A stretch of DNA of 63,504 nt, the filler included, from Octopus bimaculoides (taxonomy: Eukaryota): NCBI RefSeq assembly GCF_001194135.2. It is 3 parts of 3 records of this genome, joined end to end, with 100 filler letters (N's around TTAATTAATTAA, not from the genome) between each part and the next. Parts side by side here need not be neighbours in the genome. Positions count along the whole stretch, not along the records: positions 42,664 to 63,504 come from NC_068987.1; 2 more parts are not named here. One strand, given 5' to 3'. A model generated the notes under the pieces. The model had not been told where the DNA came from. It worked only from the letters and a program-made list of their open reading frames with translations, and ran no database searches. Positions 51,713-63,504 of this stretch are shown here, in pieces. The first letter of the stretch is position 1, and the number at the start of each line of letters is the position of its first letter. A program made the position numbers and the translations under genes.

Positions 51713-53542
51713 CTCTATTTGAATGCCTGCTTTTTCAGCTCTGCCTCACTATCCCTTTGGATTTTACTGCACTGTCATATGTTTCTGATAAAAAAAGGCC
51801 TTCTCTCCCAGGTCCTGTTGATGTGATATTTGTAACAATAGTAATTGTTTCTAATTCAACACAGTGCCAAAATTTTTTATGAGAAGGGGTTTGTCAATTA
51901 AACCAACCTCAGTACTTGACCAATACTTTAATTTTTGAATCTAGAAAGAAAAAGAAAGGTTGACCTTCATTGGATTTGAACTCATCATCACTACAACCAC
52001 CTTTAGTTATTATTCTCAGAATGGTCGATTGGCAGAATTATAAAATAAAATGCTGTATGGTATTTGTTCCAGCTCTTTACGTTTCTGTGCTCAAATCCCT
52101 CCAGGTCAACTTTGCCTTTAAGTAGTGGGGCTGGTTTAATTAGCTTACCCTCTCCCCAAAATTCATGGCATTTTGTCTATTTAGCAGCAGTTGTTTATTA
52201 TAAAAGTTGTACTCATGGGTCCATTGATTTTCTTATCACATTCCATGTGGAATCACTCTGCTTCATCCTTTAGCTACAATCTTCACTTCTTAAAATGTCC
52301 AAAGCATAGTGGTTATTATTATAATTTTCAAAATGTCTTTCTAACTTAAGAACCATTTTGAAAAGAAAACAAAATATGTTACGACTTTCTGGAATGTTGT
52401 CAGACATAATTATTTTCCGTGTTATTATTTTTATTATTTTTTTTTATAAGTAGTTTTCATTTAATGTAATGTTTGTTATTGTAAAAAGTAAACATGCACC
52501 TTAGTAACATAAGCACTTCCTCGAGAGTTGTTTAGATTTGTTTGCCAATTCAGATAGTTAACATCTTTTTAGCAGTTTGTGTATAAACATTATTTCTTTT
52601 ATGAAATTAGTGTTTCAACAGTAAAATTATAATTGAAGCTAATTACTACTATATAAACAAGTTTTATAATAATGTATGCTGCATAATACTTTGTATGTAT
52701 GTGTATATTACACATGCACTCACACATATTCATGCTTTCGCGAATACCAGATATTTTGGCTTTTTATGTGTGAAGAGGAAATTGGTTTTTAAGATACTTA
52801 GTAGTAGTGTTTTTGCAATAACATTTCTCAGTCTCTTAAAATAAGTGCATGAGGTGAGAATATGTTTTCACTGAACACTAAACACTAATTGAAGGGTTGT
52901 TGCTACTACCAAGATGTATTTTAGTCTTGAAGCATTTGCTTCTCTGACATTTTATTTCAACTGGGATGCTGCCAATAATACCGAGGGATATCTTGATATA
53001 ACACCAAAGCCTCATTATCTTTTATATTTTACTTGTTTCGGTCTTTGGACTGCGGCCATGCTGAGGCACCATCTTGAAGGGTTTAGCCAAAGCAATTGAT
53101 TCCAGTATTTATTGTAAGCATGGTACTTATTCTATAGGTCTCTTTTTGCTGAACATCTAAGTTATGGGGGGTGTAAACAAACGAACAGATGTCAAGTGAT
53201 GGGTTGGAGAACAAACACAAAGCCACACACACACACACACACAGATGTATACATATATGTATGTGAGTGTGTGTATATGTATATATGTATGTATATATAT
53301 ATAGTGAAAAGGTTCAAGGAAAAAATTCCGAGGAAAAGCACAGAAATTGTATGTTGGAAAAAATATACAAATAGGCACAGGTATGGCTGTGTGGTAAGAA
53401 GCTTGCTTCCCAACCACATGGTTCCCTGTTCAGTCTCACTGCGTGGCACCTTGGACAAGTGTCTTCTACTATAGCCTTGGGCCAACCAAAGCCTTGTGAG
53501 TGGATTTAGTCAATGGAAACTGAAAGAAGCTTGTTGTGTGTA

Positions 53543-53600
<58 letters not shown>

Positions 53601-53873
53601 CACCCATGCTAGCATGGGAAAGCGGATGTTAAACGACGATGATTATGATGATTACCANNNNNNNNNNNNNNNNNNNNNNNNNNNNNNNNNNNNNNNNNNN
53701 NNNNNNNNNNNNNNNNNNNNNNNNNNNNNNNNNNNNNNNNNNNNNNNNNNNNNNNNNNNNNNNNNNNNNNNNNNNNNNNNNNNNNNNNNNNNNNNNNNNN
53801 NNNNNNNNNNNNNNNNNNNNNNNNNNNNNNNNNNNNNNNNNNNNNNNNNNNNNNNNNNNNNNNNNNNNGTAAT

Positions 53874-54012
53874 CACCATGCAATGACTAAAGAAAATAGT
53901 CTAATAAAAGGGTATATAAGCCCTCGACAGAAAAAAAGAAGGCTTTCCTATCTGCGTAGGAGTCGAACCCACATCCCTTTATTAGACCATTTTCCTTAGT
54001 CATTGCACGGTG
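53874..54012. repeat. 38-39 bp inverted repeat enclosing a Pol III B-box
   Basis: Arms 53874-53912 and 53975-54012 (3 mismatches, 1 indel). GGTTCGACTCC on the minus strand at 53959-53969. Confidence 0.75.
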
Positions 54013-55689
54013 GTCGCTTTAAGGTTATATAAAAAAATACCATTATTATTATTTACAGGATTGTAAAAACAGCGCTGTATAAAAAAATCATTTGCACTGA
54101 AAGCATATACACATTTGTGTGTGTGTGTGTGTGTTTGTCCCTCCACCATCACTTGACAACCAATGTGTTGTGTTTATGTCCCCAAAACTTAGTGGTTCGG
54201 CAAAAGAGACCAATAGAATAAGTACTAGGCTTACAAAGAATAAGTCCTGGGATCAATTTCTTTCATTAAAGGCGATGCTTCAGCATAGCTGTAGTCAAAT
54301 GATTGAAGCATGTAAAAGAGTAAAATTAGGTGCAGGTATGGCTGTGTGGTAAGAAGTTTGCTTCCTAACCATATGGTTCCAGGTTCAGTCCTGCTGTGTG
54401 GCACCTTGAGCTGACCAAGGCCTTGTGAGTGAATTTGGTAGATGGAAACTAAAAGAGCCTCATTGTAAATATACAGATATCTCTTTGTGTCTCTGTTTGC
54501 CTTCTACTACTGCTTGACAACTGGTGTTGGTATGTTTATATGCCCATAGTTTAGCAGTTTCGCCGAAGAGACCAATAGAATAAGTGCCAGACTTTAAAAA
54601 TAAAGAAATATCAGGGTTGATTCATTTGATTAAAATTCTTCAAGGTGGTGCCCCAGTATGGTTGCAGTCTAATTACTGAAACAAATGAAAGATAAGTATT
54701 TTCTGAAATAGAATTTCCATAGCCAACTTGTTTCGCTTGCGCTAGTCATGACTAACTAATTAGTCATGGTTAGCCAGGCAACTATGTAAATATTTTATTT
54801 CATAAAAGTATATCTTTTCCAACATAAAAATTTTTGCATTTTCTTTTTTACACACACACGCATGGATGCACACATGATAGTCCGTAGTGGAAGATACTTG
54901 CACAAGGTAGCATGCAGTGGGATTAAACCCAAGACCACATGATTAGAAAACAGACTTTTTACCACAGAGCCACACCTGGAATATACTTTGGTAAAATATA
55001 CTTTGAAGTTCTAATAGAGAATGAAGAAAGGATTCTATATGTTAAGAGGTATATGGGGGTGAGTGTAGAGTTGTGGTCTTCAAAACAGTAACTACTGCTT
55101 GTAAAACTTAGGTATTCTTTTACTAACTGAATTGCATTTCTATGCAACTATGATGTGTATCTTGACGCCAATACTGCTCTGCCAAAGGCATGTGCATTTT
55201 TTATTAAATATAGCAATGGAGAGAGAGCATTTGAAAGCAAACAAAAGTTGAATATAAATTATTAGCACTTAGAATCACTATATATTACTTGAGCGGCGTT
55301 TGATCAGATCAATCAACACTTCAGTTTTAGATGATCTAGCTGGATATTGGAAAGGTCAAGTGGTTTGGGTTTCAGCCAAACTGACTAAAGGGTGAGAGGT
55401 GTGTTTTACATCAGCTCTGTTATCAATGCTGCTATTGTTACTATTATTACTACTATTACTACTTTTAGCACCACCATTACTAAGTGATTAAGTTGATATA
55501 GGTGCTGTATTTTAGAGAAGATAGTTTGATGTATTTTTTTCTTATTTCCATGATTATAAAGTTTCAAATGTTAAAAGAGAAATCAACAAAACGTTTCAAC
55601 AATATTATACTGGGATTTGTTTTACTGACAAAAGAAACATTGCAGATATTAACTTTGCACCCATTAAAACAAAATTATGAATTTTATTA

Positions 55690-56606
55690 AGATAGTAAGC
55701 TGATAGAATCATTAGCATGCTGGACAAATGCTTAGCAGTATTTCATCTGTCTTTACATTCTGAGTTCAAATTCTGTGATGGTTTGACTTTACCTTTCATC
55801 TTTTTGGGGTCGATGAAATAAGTATCAATTGAGCACTGAAATCAATGTAATTGACTAACCCCGCTCCCCAAAATTTCTGGCCTTGTACCTGTAGTAGAAA
55901 GGATTATTATTTTTATTATTAAGATGGCAAGCTGGTAGAATCATTAGCATGCTGGACAAATGCTTAGTAGCTTCCCTTCTGGTTTTACCATCCAAGTTCG
56001 TACTTTCCTTTTATTTTTGGTGTCTAAATAAGTACTCATTAAGCATTGGAGTCAATATAATCAACTTGTTCCTTTACCCTGAATTTCATGCCATGTGCCT
56101 ATAGTTGAAAGTATTATTATTATTATTATAATTATCATCATCATCAGACTGATTGACAAAATAGCATTAGTCAAAATACTTTGTAACCTTTATTCAGGTT
56201 TTGAGCTCAAATCATGCCATGGTCAACTTTGTTATTCATTCCCTGCAGGGTCAATAAAGTGAAATATCATCAAGTACAGGAGGTGGTATAATCAACTATT
56301 CCTCTCTGTCAAATTTCAGGCCTTGATTCTGTGTTACAAATAATAATAATAATAATATCATTATTAATACTAGCTGAATGGGGTTTATATATTCAACTAG
56401 TCCCCTCCCACCAGATTTTCTGGCCTTGTCCCTATAGTACAGTGGTTTCCAACCTCTTCACTACCAAAGACCCCTTTTATTTAAATGAGTTTTCCCAAGG
56501 AACCCTTTTAATATGCTCATCTTTATATGTATATATATGTGTGTGTGTGAAATTTTGAATTTAGTTTGTGGACCACAGGTTAGGAACCGCTGCAATAGTA
56601 AAATGA

Positions 56607-56659
<53 letters not shown>

Positions 56660-57120
56660 CATTATTAAAGTGGCAAGCTGGCAGAACTGTTAACATGTTG
56701 GGCAAAATGCTTAGTGGTATTTTGCCTGTTTTTATGTTCTGATTTAAAATTCCACTGAAGTAAACTTTGCCTTTCATCCATTCGGGGTCAATGAAATAAG
56801 TGCCAGTTGAACACTGGTGTCAATGTAATTAATTACACCCTCCCACCAAATTTCAGGCCTTGTGCCTTTAGTAGGAAGGATTATCATTATTATTCAAGGT
56901 GATGATGTGGCAGAATTGTTCAGCTGCTGGGTGAAATGCATAGCAGTATTTCACCTATCACTATGTTCTGAGTTCAAATTCCACTAAGGTTAACTTTGCC
57001 TCTTAGCCTTTTGGTGTCAATAAATTAAGTACCAGTGAAACACTGGGGTCAATGTAATTGACTAGTCCTCTCCCCCAAAATTTCCAATCTTGTGCCTATA
57101 GTAGAATGAATTATTATTAT
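55690..57120 (+). mobile_element. Second head-to-tail cluster of CpG-decayed SINE family B copies
   Basis: About 6 copies, all +, separated by (ATT)n. One is interrupted by a hAT MITE. Confidence 0.8.
56440..56592. mobile_element. hAT (Charlie-like) MITE with 8-bp target-site duplication
   Basis: CAGTGGTTTCCAACCT ... AGGTTAGGAACCGCTG. Flanks CTATAGTA and CAATAGTA match at 7/8. Confidence 0.8.
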
Positions 57121-57129
57121 CATTATAGT

Positions 57130-57412
57130 CTTATTTTTATCACTTGCTTTCACTGCACTGCCGAGCACAGCTTTGTGCGCCTTGGGTATGTGCTGTGGTT
57201 TGTTGTAGTGCTCTTATTTTCACTGTATTGAAAGTGTTTTACATAGGATGTATGCGGTGCCTAGTAGTGCTATTTTCTGTATGTTGTATATACTTGTAAG
57301 TCCTGGTGTTTTTGTTATGTATTTGTCTGAATGTCTTTTTTTTCAAACCTAATGCATTTATGATGATAGGAATTGTTTCTGTTTTTAGGCTCCATGTTCG
57401 AGTTACCTCTAT
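57130..57412 (-). mobile_element. R4/Dong-like non-LTR retrotransposon 3' fragment (restriction-like endonuclease C-terminus)
   Basis: Minus strand EVTRTWSLKTETIPIIINALGL matches the E..RMW.....IPV.IGALG pattern of RLE-type elements. Frameshifted afterwards. Confidence 0.65.
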
Positions 57413-57844
57413 TATTATTATGATTATTATTATTATTATTATTATTATTATCATTATTATTGTTATGATCAAGGTGGCCGGCTGACAGAATCATTACTGT
57501 GTCAGACAAAAATTCTTAGCAACATTTCCTCCAACTTTTTACACACTGAATTGAAATTCTGCCGAAGTTCAAACTGTGACTGTTAAAAATCATTATTTCT
57601 ATTATAATTTTCCCAAAAATAAATGCAGAGAATTTGCTGATTCACTAGAGCATATGCAGAATGCTTTGTGACATTTAGCTATGACTTTGTATGATGACTG
57701 TTAAAACCTGCTGAGGTGAACTCTGCCTTAAATAAAGTAATTGTCCAAAGTATTGAAGTTAATACAACCAACACTATGACACTTCCAAATTTGAAGCCTT
57801 CTACTTGTGTGAGAAATCATCATTTTCAAAATTGTCATATATAT

Positions 57845-58180
57845 ATCATCATCATCATCATCGTCGTCGTTTAAAGTCCGCTTTCCATGCTAGCATGGGT
57901 TGGACGATTTGACTGAGGACTGGTGAAACCAGATGGCTACACCAGGCTCCAATCTGATTTGGCAGAGTTTCTACGGCTGGATGCCCTTCCTAACGCCAAC
58001 CACTGAGAGTGTAGTGGGTGCTTTTACGTGTCACCGGCACGAAGGCCAGTCAGGCAGTACTGTCAACAGCCATGCTCAAGATGGTGTATTTTATGTGCCA
58101 CCTGCACAAGAGCCAGTCCAGGGGCATTGGCAACAATCTCGCTCAAAAATCCTACGAAGGCCAGTCAGGCGGTACTGGCA
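57845..58180 (-). mobile_element. RTE-related short element (family E), CpG-retaining
   Basis: Reverse complement of 47420-47663 with few differences. Confidence 0.75.
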
Positions 58181-59036
58181 ATATATATATATGTATGTAT
58201 ATATCGAACAGTCAATGAAATGAGTGTCATTGCTTTTATTGTTATTGTTATGGACTATATTTGTGTTAGAGAGAGAAGTTTTAGGTAAGCAGTCAACAAA
58301 CAAGTTTCTATTAATAGATTATAACTATTCTGTCATTTATTACATAGCTAATAAAATTGAGAAAGGTTTTGAAGTCAGGCAGTCTTATTTCCTCTCTGTC
58401 CATTACGCTGCCATCAACAACTATCATTATCATTATCTGCTAACGTTCACTTTTCCTTGCTTGCATCAGTCAAATGGAATGCATCAAGGCACCTTTTCTA
58501 TGACTGGACGCCATTTCTTGTTTCTTACCCTCACCTGTTTCCAAACAAGGTAATATTTGCCCACAACCGAACAGGGTTCTTACCAATGAATAGAAACATA
58601 ACAACATCACTTGCTTGTTTACAGCTGTCATGTAATATCAAGTGATGGGTACAGGCGAACACACAAACAGACATGCATGATGGATTTCTTTCAGTTTCCA
58701 CCTGGGGGCTTCAGCCTGGGATTATAGAAGACACTTGCTCAAGATCTGCATAGTGGGACTGAACCCAAGGCCATGTGGTTGGGACATAAGCTTCTTAACC
58801 ACACAGGCATGCCAGCTGTTGTATGTGTATTCACTTATACAACTACATTGTGTTAACACACACACACACACACATACACCTATGTGGTTTAGAAGTTTGC
58901 TCTGAAACCACCTGGTTTGGCTCCGTTCTACTGCATGGTTCTTTGGGCAAACATCTTGTATTATTGCCTCAGTTTGTCCAATGCCTTGCAAATGAAATTT
59001 GGTAGGCAGAAGTTGCATTGAAGTATTTTATGTCAG

Positions 59037-59144
<108 letters not shown>

Positions 59145-60789
59145 TTCACTGCTTCAGTAGTGATATTCGTGACTTCCACAAATAAAATGCTTGCAGCTAT
59201 TTGAAATACAAAGCCATAGGAAACAGTACCTCACTTGAAAACAAGCAATGGTTTGGGACCAGGAATGGCATCTGACTATTGAGTACTGCTTCAAGAAGTA
59301 TCATCCATGCCATATCGCCTGAATAGAAAAAGCAGGCGTAAAATCAATGGTGATGACAATGACAACAACTCATCATCAACCTGCTTGGATCAGTAAACGA
59401 GTAGGATTATCATTAAGTGTTTGAGTGAATATCTGTATTCCTCTTAACTCACTTGTTACCGCATTTATGTTGTTTCAATTACTCTTGAAAATGATGACGA
59501 ATTGACTAAAGTAACTTTGTCATTATTAAGCTTGCATTTCAAACATCAATTAACATGAAGTTTTAATGGGAAGGTTTTAATTTAGATCCGTTCAAAATAG
59601 GGAGCTTGTATCAGGGAAATGGAGATGGTCTGAGGCGTGTCAGTATCAAAAGGGTTAAACAAGTTTAGGACCTTGTACAAAAATTAAAAACAGGAAAAAA
59701 TAGAATTCTAACAACTAATTTGAAAATGTCTGATATTCAATCAGTCTCCGATTTAGTTACTGTTATTTGTTTGTCATTAGACTGTGGCCATGCTGGAGCA
59801 CTGCCTTTAAGGGTTTCAGTCAAACAAATTGACCCCAGGACTTATTCTTTGTAAGCTTAATACTTATTCTATCGGTCTCTCCTGCCAAACCACTAAGCCA
59901 CAGGGACACACACACACATAAGGTGGTCTTCTTTCAGTTTCCATCTACCAAATCCATTCACAAGGCTTTGGTTGGCCTAAGGTTATAGTAGAAAACACTT
60001 ACCCAAGGTGCCAAGCAGTGAGACTGAACCCGGAACCATGTGGTTGGAAAGCAAGCTTCTTGCCACACAGTCACACCTGCATCCATTATCAGTATCATTA
60101 TCGTCGTCGTCATCTAACATCCATCTTCCATGTTAGCATGAGTCGAACTGTTTGGAAAAAATTCAATGAACCAGAGGACTGCATTGAGCTCCATCCAATG
60201 TCAGGAGCTATAAGTACAATTTCACTGTGGCTTTAAAATGTATAAATATCCAATTGCTGATGAAAGTTAATGAACAAGAATTGGCAGCATATAGTCGAAC
60301 TTTATTGCACTGTCTGTGGTACTGTTGTATAATAGATATGATAGACTTTTACAACTGTCTCCTGTGTCTAATAAATTTAATTAATTTACAACTGCGGTGA
60401 TGGCTGAAGCCTTTGGAGTATATACTACAAAGTAATCTTAAATGTGAACTAATTTGAAATACTCGATCAAACACTTGCATACACACATACAGTCTCTTTG
60501 CTGCGGTATGTCCTACAAACCAACCACAAACTCGTGCTCGCTCCAGCCGCTAGAAATAGCAGCCAAATTTCCCTCAAATCACACTTTGTAAAGAAATGTA
60601 AAACATTTTAGATTATGTAGTTTTGATATAGTTGCATCATACTACAATATTTACTGCTATGGAAACATTCTTGGAATTTCATCGCTGAATGTAGAACTTA
60701 AAGCATAAAAGCAATTCACATGCAAATCTGAAATCATAATATCATCAGCAACATTGTGTCCAACCTACAGATATGCTGCCCCACCATAT

Positions 60790-61195
60790 TTTTTTGTTTC
60801 AGTCATTAGACTGCAGCCATGCTGGGGGCACCGCCTTGAATTTTTTTAGTCGAATGAATCGATCCCAGTACTTGTTTTTTAAAGCCTGGTACTTATTCTA
60901 TCAGTCACTTTTGCTGAACTGCTAATGTTATGGTGATGTAAACACACCAAGATTACTTGTCAAGTGATGATGGGGGGACAAACACACACACACACACACA
61001 CACACATGTACATATATGCATACTTACATACATATGTGTGCTTCTTTCAATTTCTGCCTACCAAATCCACTTACAAGGCTCTGGTCAGCCTGTGGCTATA
61101 GTAAAAGACATTTGCCCAAGGTGTCACACAGTGGGACTGAACCTGGAACCATATGGTTGAGAAGCAAGCTTCTTACCACACAGCCACACCTGCCT
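60790..61195 (-). mobile_element. SINE family A, full length, CpG-decayed
   Basis: Head and tail are recognisable, with CG changed to TG/CA. Similar copies at about 53020-53230, 53370-53540, 54120-54690, 59770-60080 and 62815-63140. Confidence 0.8.
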
Positions 61196-61386
61196 AGTGT
61201 AGCCATCTGGTTTCACCAGTCCTCAGTCAAATTGTCCAACCCATGCTAGCATGGAAAGCGAATGTTAAACGACGACGATGATGATGATGCTGATGATATA
61301 TATATATATATATANNNNNNNNNNNNNNNNNNNNNNNNNNNNNNNNNNNNNNNNNNNNNNNNNNNNNNNNNNNNNNNNNNNNNNNN

Positions 61387-61437
<51 letters not shown>

Positions 61438-61949
61438 TACCATACACACTGAAATATGCACATTTGCACACTACACTCACTCTGCACCACATGCATGCGG
61501 AGACACACACATTATAATCATGTCACATCACACTACTCTACACTCGTGCACCACACTACTTACATGCACTACACATACACACACACACACACCACAGCTA
61601 GACGTGGAATAGCAGAATAGATAACAGCATGTTTTCAGTATGTAATAAAAAATCTCAGCATCTCTGGATTCCAAAATTTTATATCTATCAATCTGTTGCC
61701 TCTGTTTAATTGCTTTGCTAAAAGCTGACCAAAGTTACTAAAACAACTGCCTTTAAACAAGCCTGTAAGAGTGAGCCTCTATTTGGTCACTCATCCCGTT
61801 AGAAATAATACAAATTTTCCTCCAACCACATCCATCTTTAATAAAGAAAAGTAAAACATTTTGGATAATGTAATTTTTTGGTACATCAGTGGTGGCAGCA
61901 GCTTTATTTCATATCCAAGCATTTATTTTCATCTTTGCTGAATGTTTCC

Positions 61950-62420
61950 TTTTTGGTGATACTGTTGATGACTGTAGCACCAATTCTTGCATAGAAGACT
62001 TGATGGCATTGACTGCATGGCAATGTTGGTGGAGGTTGATTGTGTCGAGCCTTTCTTGCCTGTCATTTGATTTCTTCCTTTTCTCTTTTGGTGGCTTCAC
62101 AGTTTTTGTTTCTGATGGTGATGAGATGCCACCACTTGGTACAGTCTCAGGTTTGTGTTTCAAATGATTTGAGCTTAATTCCAGTGGCTTTTAGTGTTGC
62201 TTTGAGTTGGTCCTTGTATCTTCGGAGAGGACAACCCCCATGGTCTTCTTCCCAAAGTGAACTCACTGAATAAGATTTGGCATAGGAACCTTGACTCTTC
62301 GTTGGAACCTTGACTCTTCCTGATCATCAAAGATGATGCTTCATGATCAAAGATTTGATGCTTTTACTGTTGGCTTTTTCCAGGTTTAGATACTGTTTGA
62401 ATAAAATGGTAGGATGGTCA
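61950..62420 (-). pseudogene. RTE-clade LINE ORF2 C-terminal relic
   Basis: QILFSEFTLGRRPWG/CPLRRYKDQLKATLKATGI...*DCTKWW...LPCSQCHQVFYARIG matches the RTE pattern LY.EL..G.R..GRP..R.KD.LK...W...C..C.R.F.ARIG. Has stops and a frameshift. Confidence 0.8.
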
Positions 62421-63504
62421 GATCAGAGAAAGAATTCTTTTAAGCATTGGTCTTCTTACTTATTACTAACCAGGGGTTAATTAACAATATTTGAAGGGTA
62501 TGACAACTAGGACAAACCCTTTTGTTACCATATTTTAACTGACATGCACTGCCTTCATTTAAATGTTTTTGAAAATTATGAATTTAGTCAAATAAGGTTC
62601 AGAATATGAAATTTTGATAGGTTTTAATTTATATTTCTTTAAAACAAAAAGTTTGTATTGTAGAACCTAGGGAGTCTCTCTAGTAGCTTAGTACTCAAAG
62701 GGTTAAAGCGCTGATTATGTTGTCCAAACTGTTGCAGAAGAGTTGTCAATATTTATCTTGGTCCATTTTATTTAAGCCAAAAGAGTAATACAAATCATCT
62801 CCATTTCTAAGGGGCAAGTATGGCTGTGTGGTTAGAAGTTTGCTTCCCAATCACGTGGGCAAGTGTCTTTTACTATAGCCCTGGGCCAACCAAAGGCTTG
62901 TGAGTGGATTTTGTCGACTGAAATTGAAAGAAGCCAGTCACATGTGTGCTTGTCCACTTCCACTGCTTGACAACTGGTGTTGGTTTGTTTACATCTCTGT
63001 AACTTAGCAGTTCAGCAAGAGAGACAGAATAAGTAATAGATTTCTAAAATAGTTACTAGGGTTGATTCATTCTACTAAAACCCTTTTAGGTGGTAACCCC
63101 TGCATGGCTGTTGTCCAGTGTCTGAAACTAGTAAAAGATAAAATATTTCACACCAGTAAAATAGGTTTTGGTTCTAGGAATGACATCCAACTTGGAAACA
63201 ACTTAGTTCCAAAGTCTGCTAGTGCTATGTCAATTAATGCATGATTGATGTAAAAATGTCCCTTTTTTTCCCCCCATTATTTTATCATCTGCACAAAAAT
63301 ATAAACTGTTGAGCAAATAGCGTAGCTTTATGTCTATTTGTAGATCAAATGAACTCTTCTTTGGTAACTTATAACTATTTTGAGCTAAAGTAGAAAGTAT
63401 ATTTGTAAAACAAGAACTAGAGTAGAAAATATATTTGTAAAGAAAAAAAAAACTATTTTTTGTGACTATATAAATTGATTCTTATTTTATGCACCTAACT
63501 TAAT

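Noticed and set aside
53940-54012. tRNA gene
   Set aside because: Only a B-box is present. No A-box or cloverleaf could be built.

Overview
Eukaryotic, AT-rich, microsatellite- and SINE-dense sequence with about 5 kb of N gaps. The repeat families resemble those I recall from Octopus genomes; this assignment is inference, not a search result. The one confidently recognisable gene feature is the first coding exon (2530-2598, +) of a Polycomb-type chromobox (Cbx/Pc) gene. The remaining chromodomain exons are not visible. A well-formed 45-nt internal exon at 48465-48509 (+) has no identifiable product, and weaker minus-strand exon candidates at 32.8-34.9 kb include a signal-peptide-like start. 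The rest is transposon-derived: several SINE families, LINE remnants (Tx1/L1-like ORF1, RTE, R4/Dong-like), a maT/mariner transposase relic, and hAT, piggyBac-like, Tc2-like and mariner MITEs. Two 100-bp gaps carry an artificial TTAATTAATTAA linker, so the window is three joined pieces. The last piece (42.7-63.5 kb) is visibly CpG-depleted. Best leads: (i) an ORF1-only Tx1/L1-like element ending in the same 42-nt tail as an adjacent SINE variant, in a nested stack; (ii) Penelope-type minimal hammerhead-ribozyme-like motifs; (iii) the CpG domain switch; (iv) inverted repeat pairs that could form dsRNA in the pre-mRNA. Nearly all entries in the ORF track are microsatellite or gap artefacts. Repeat boundaries were read by eye and are approximate.
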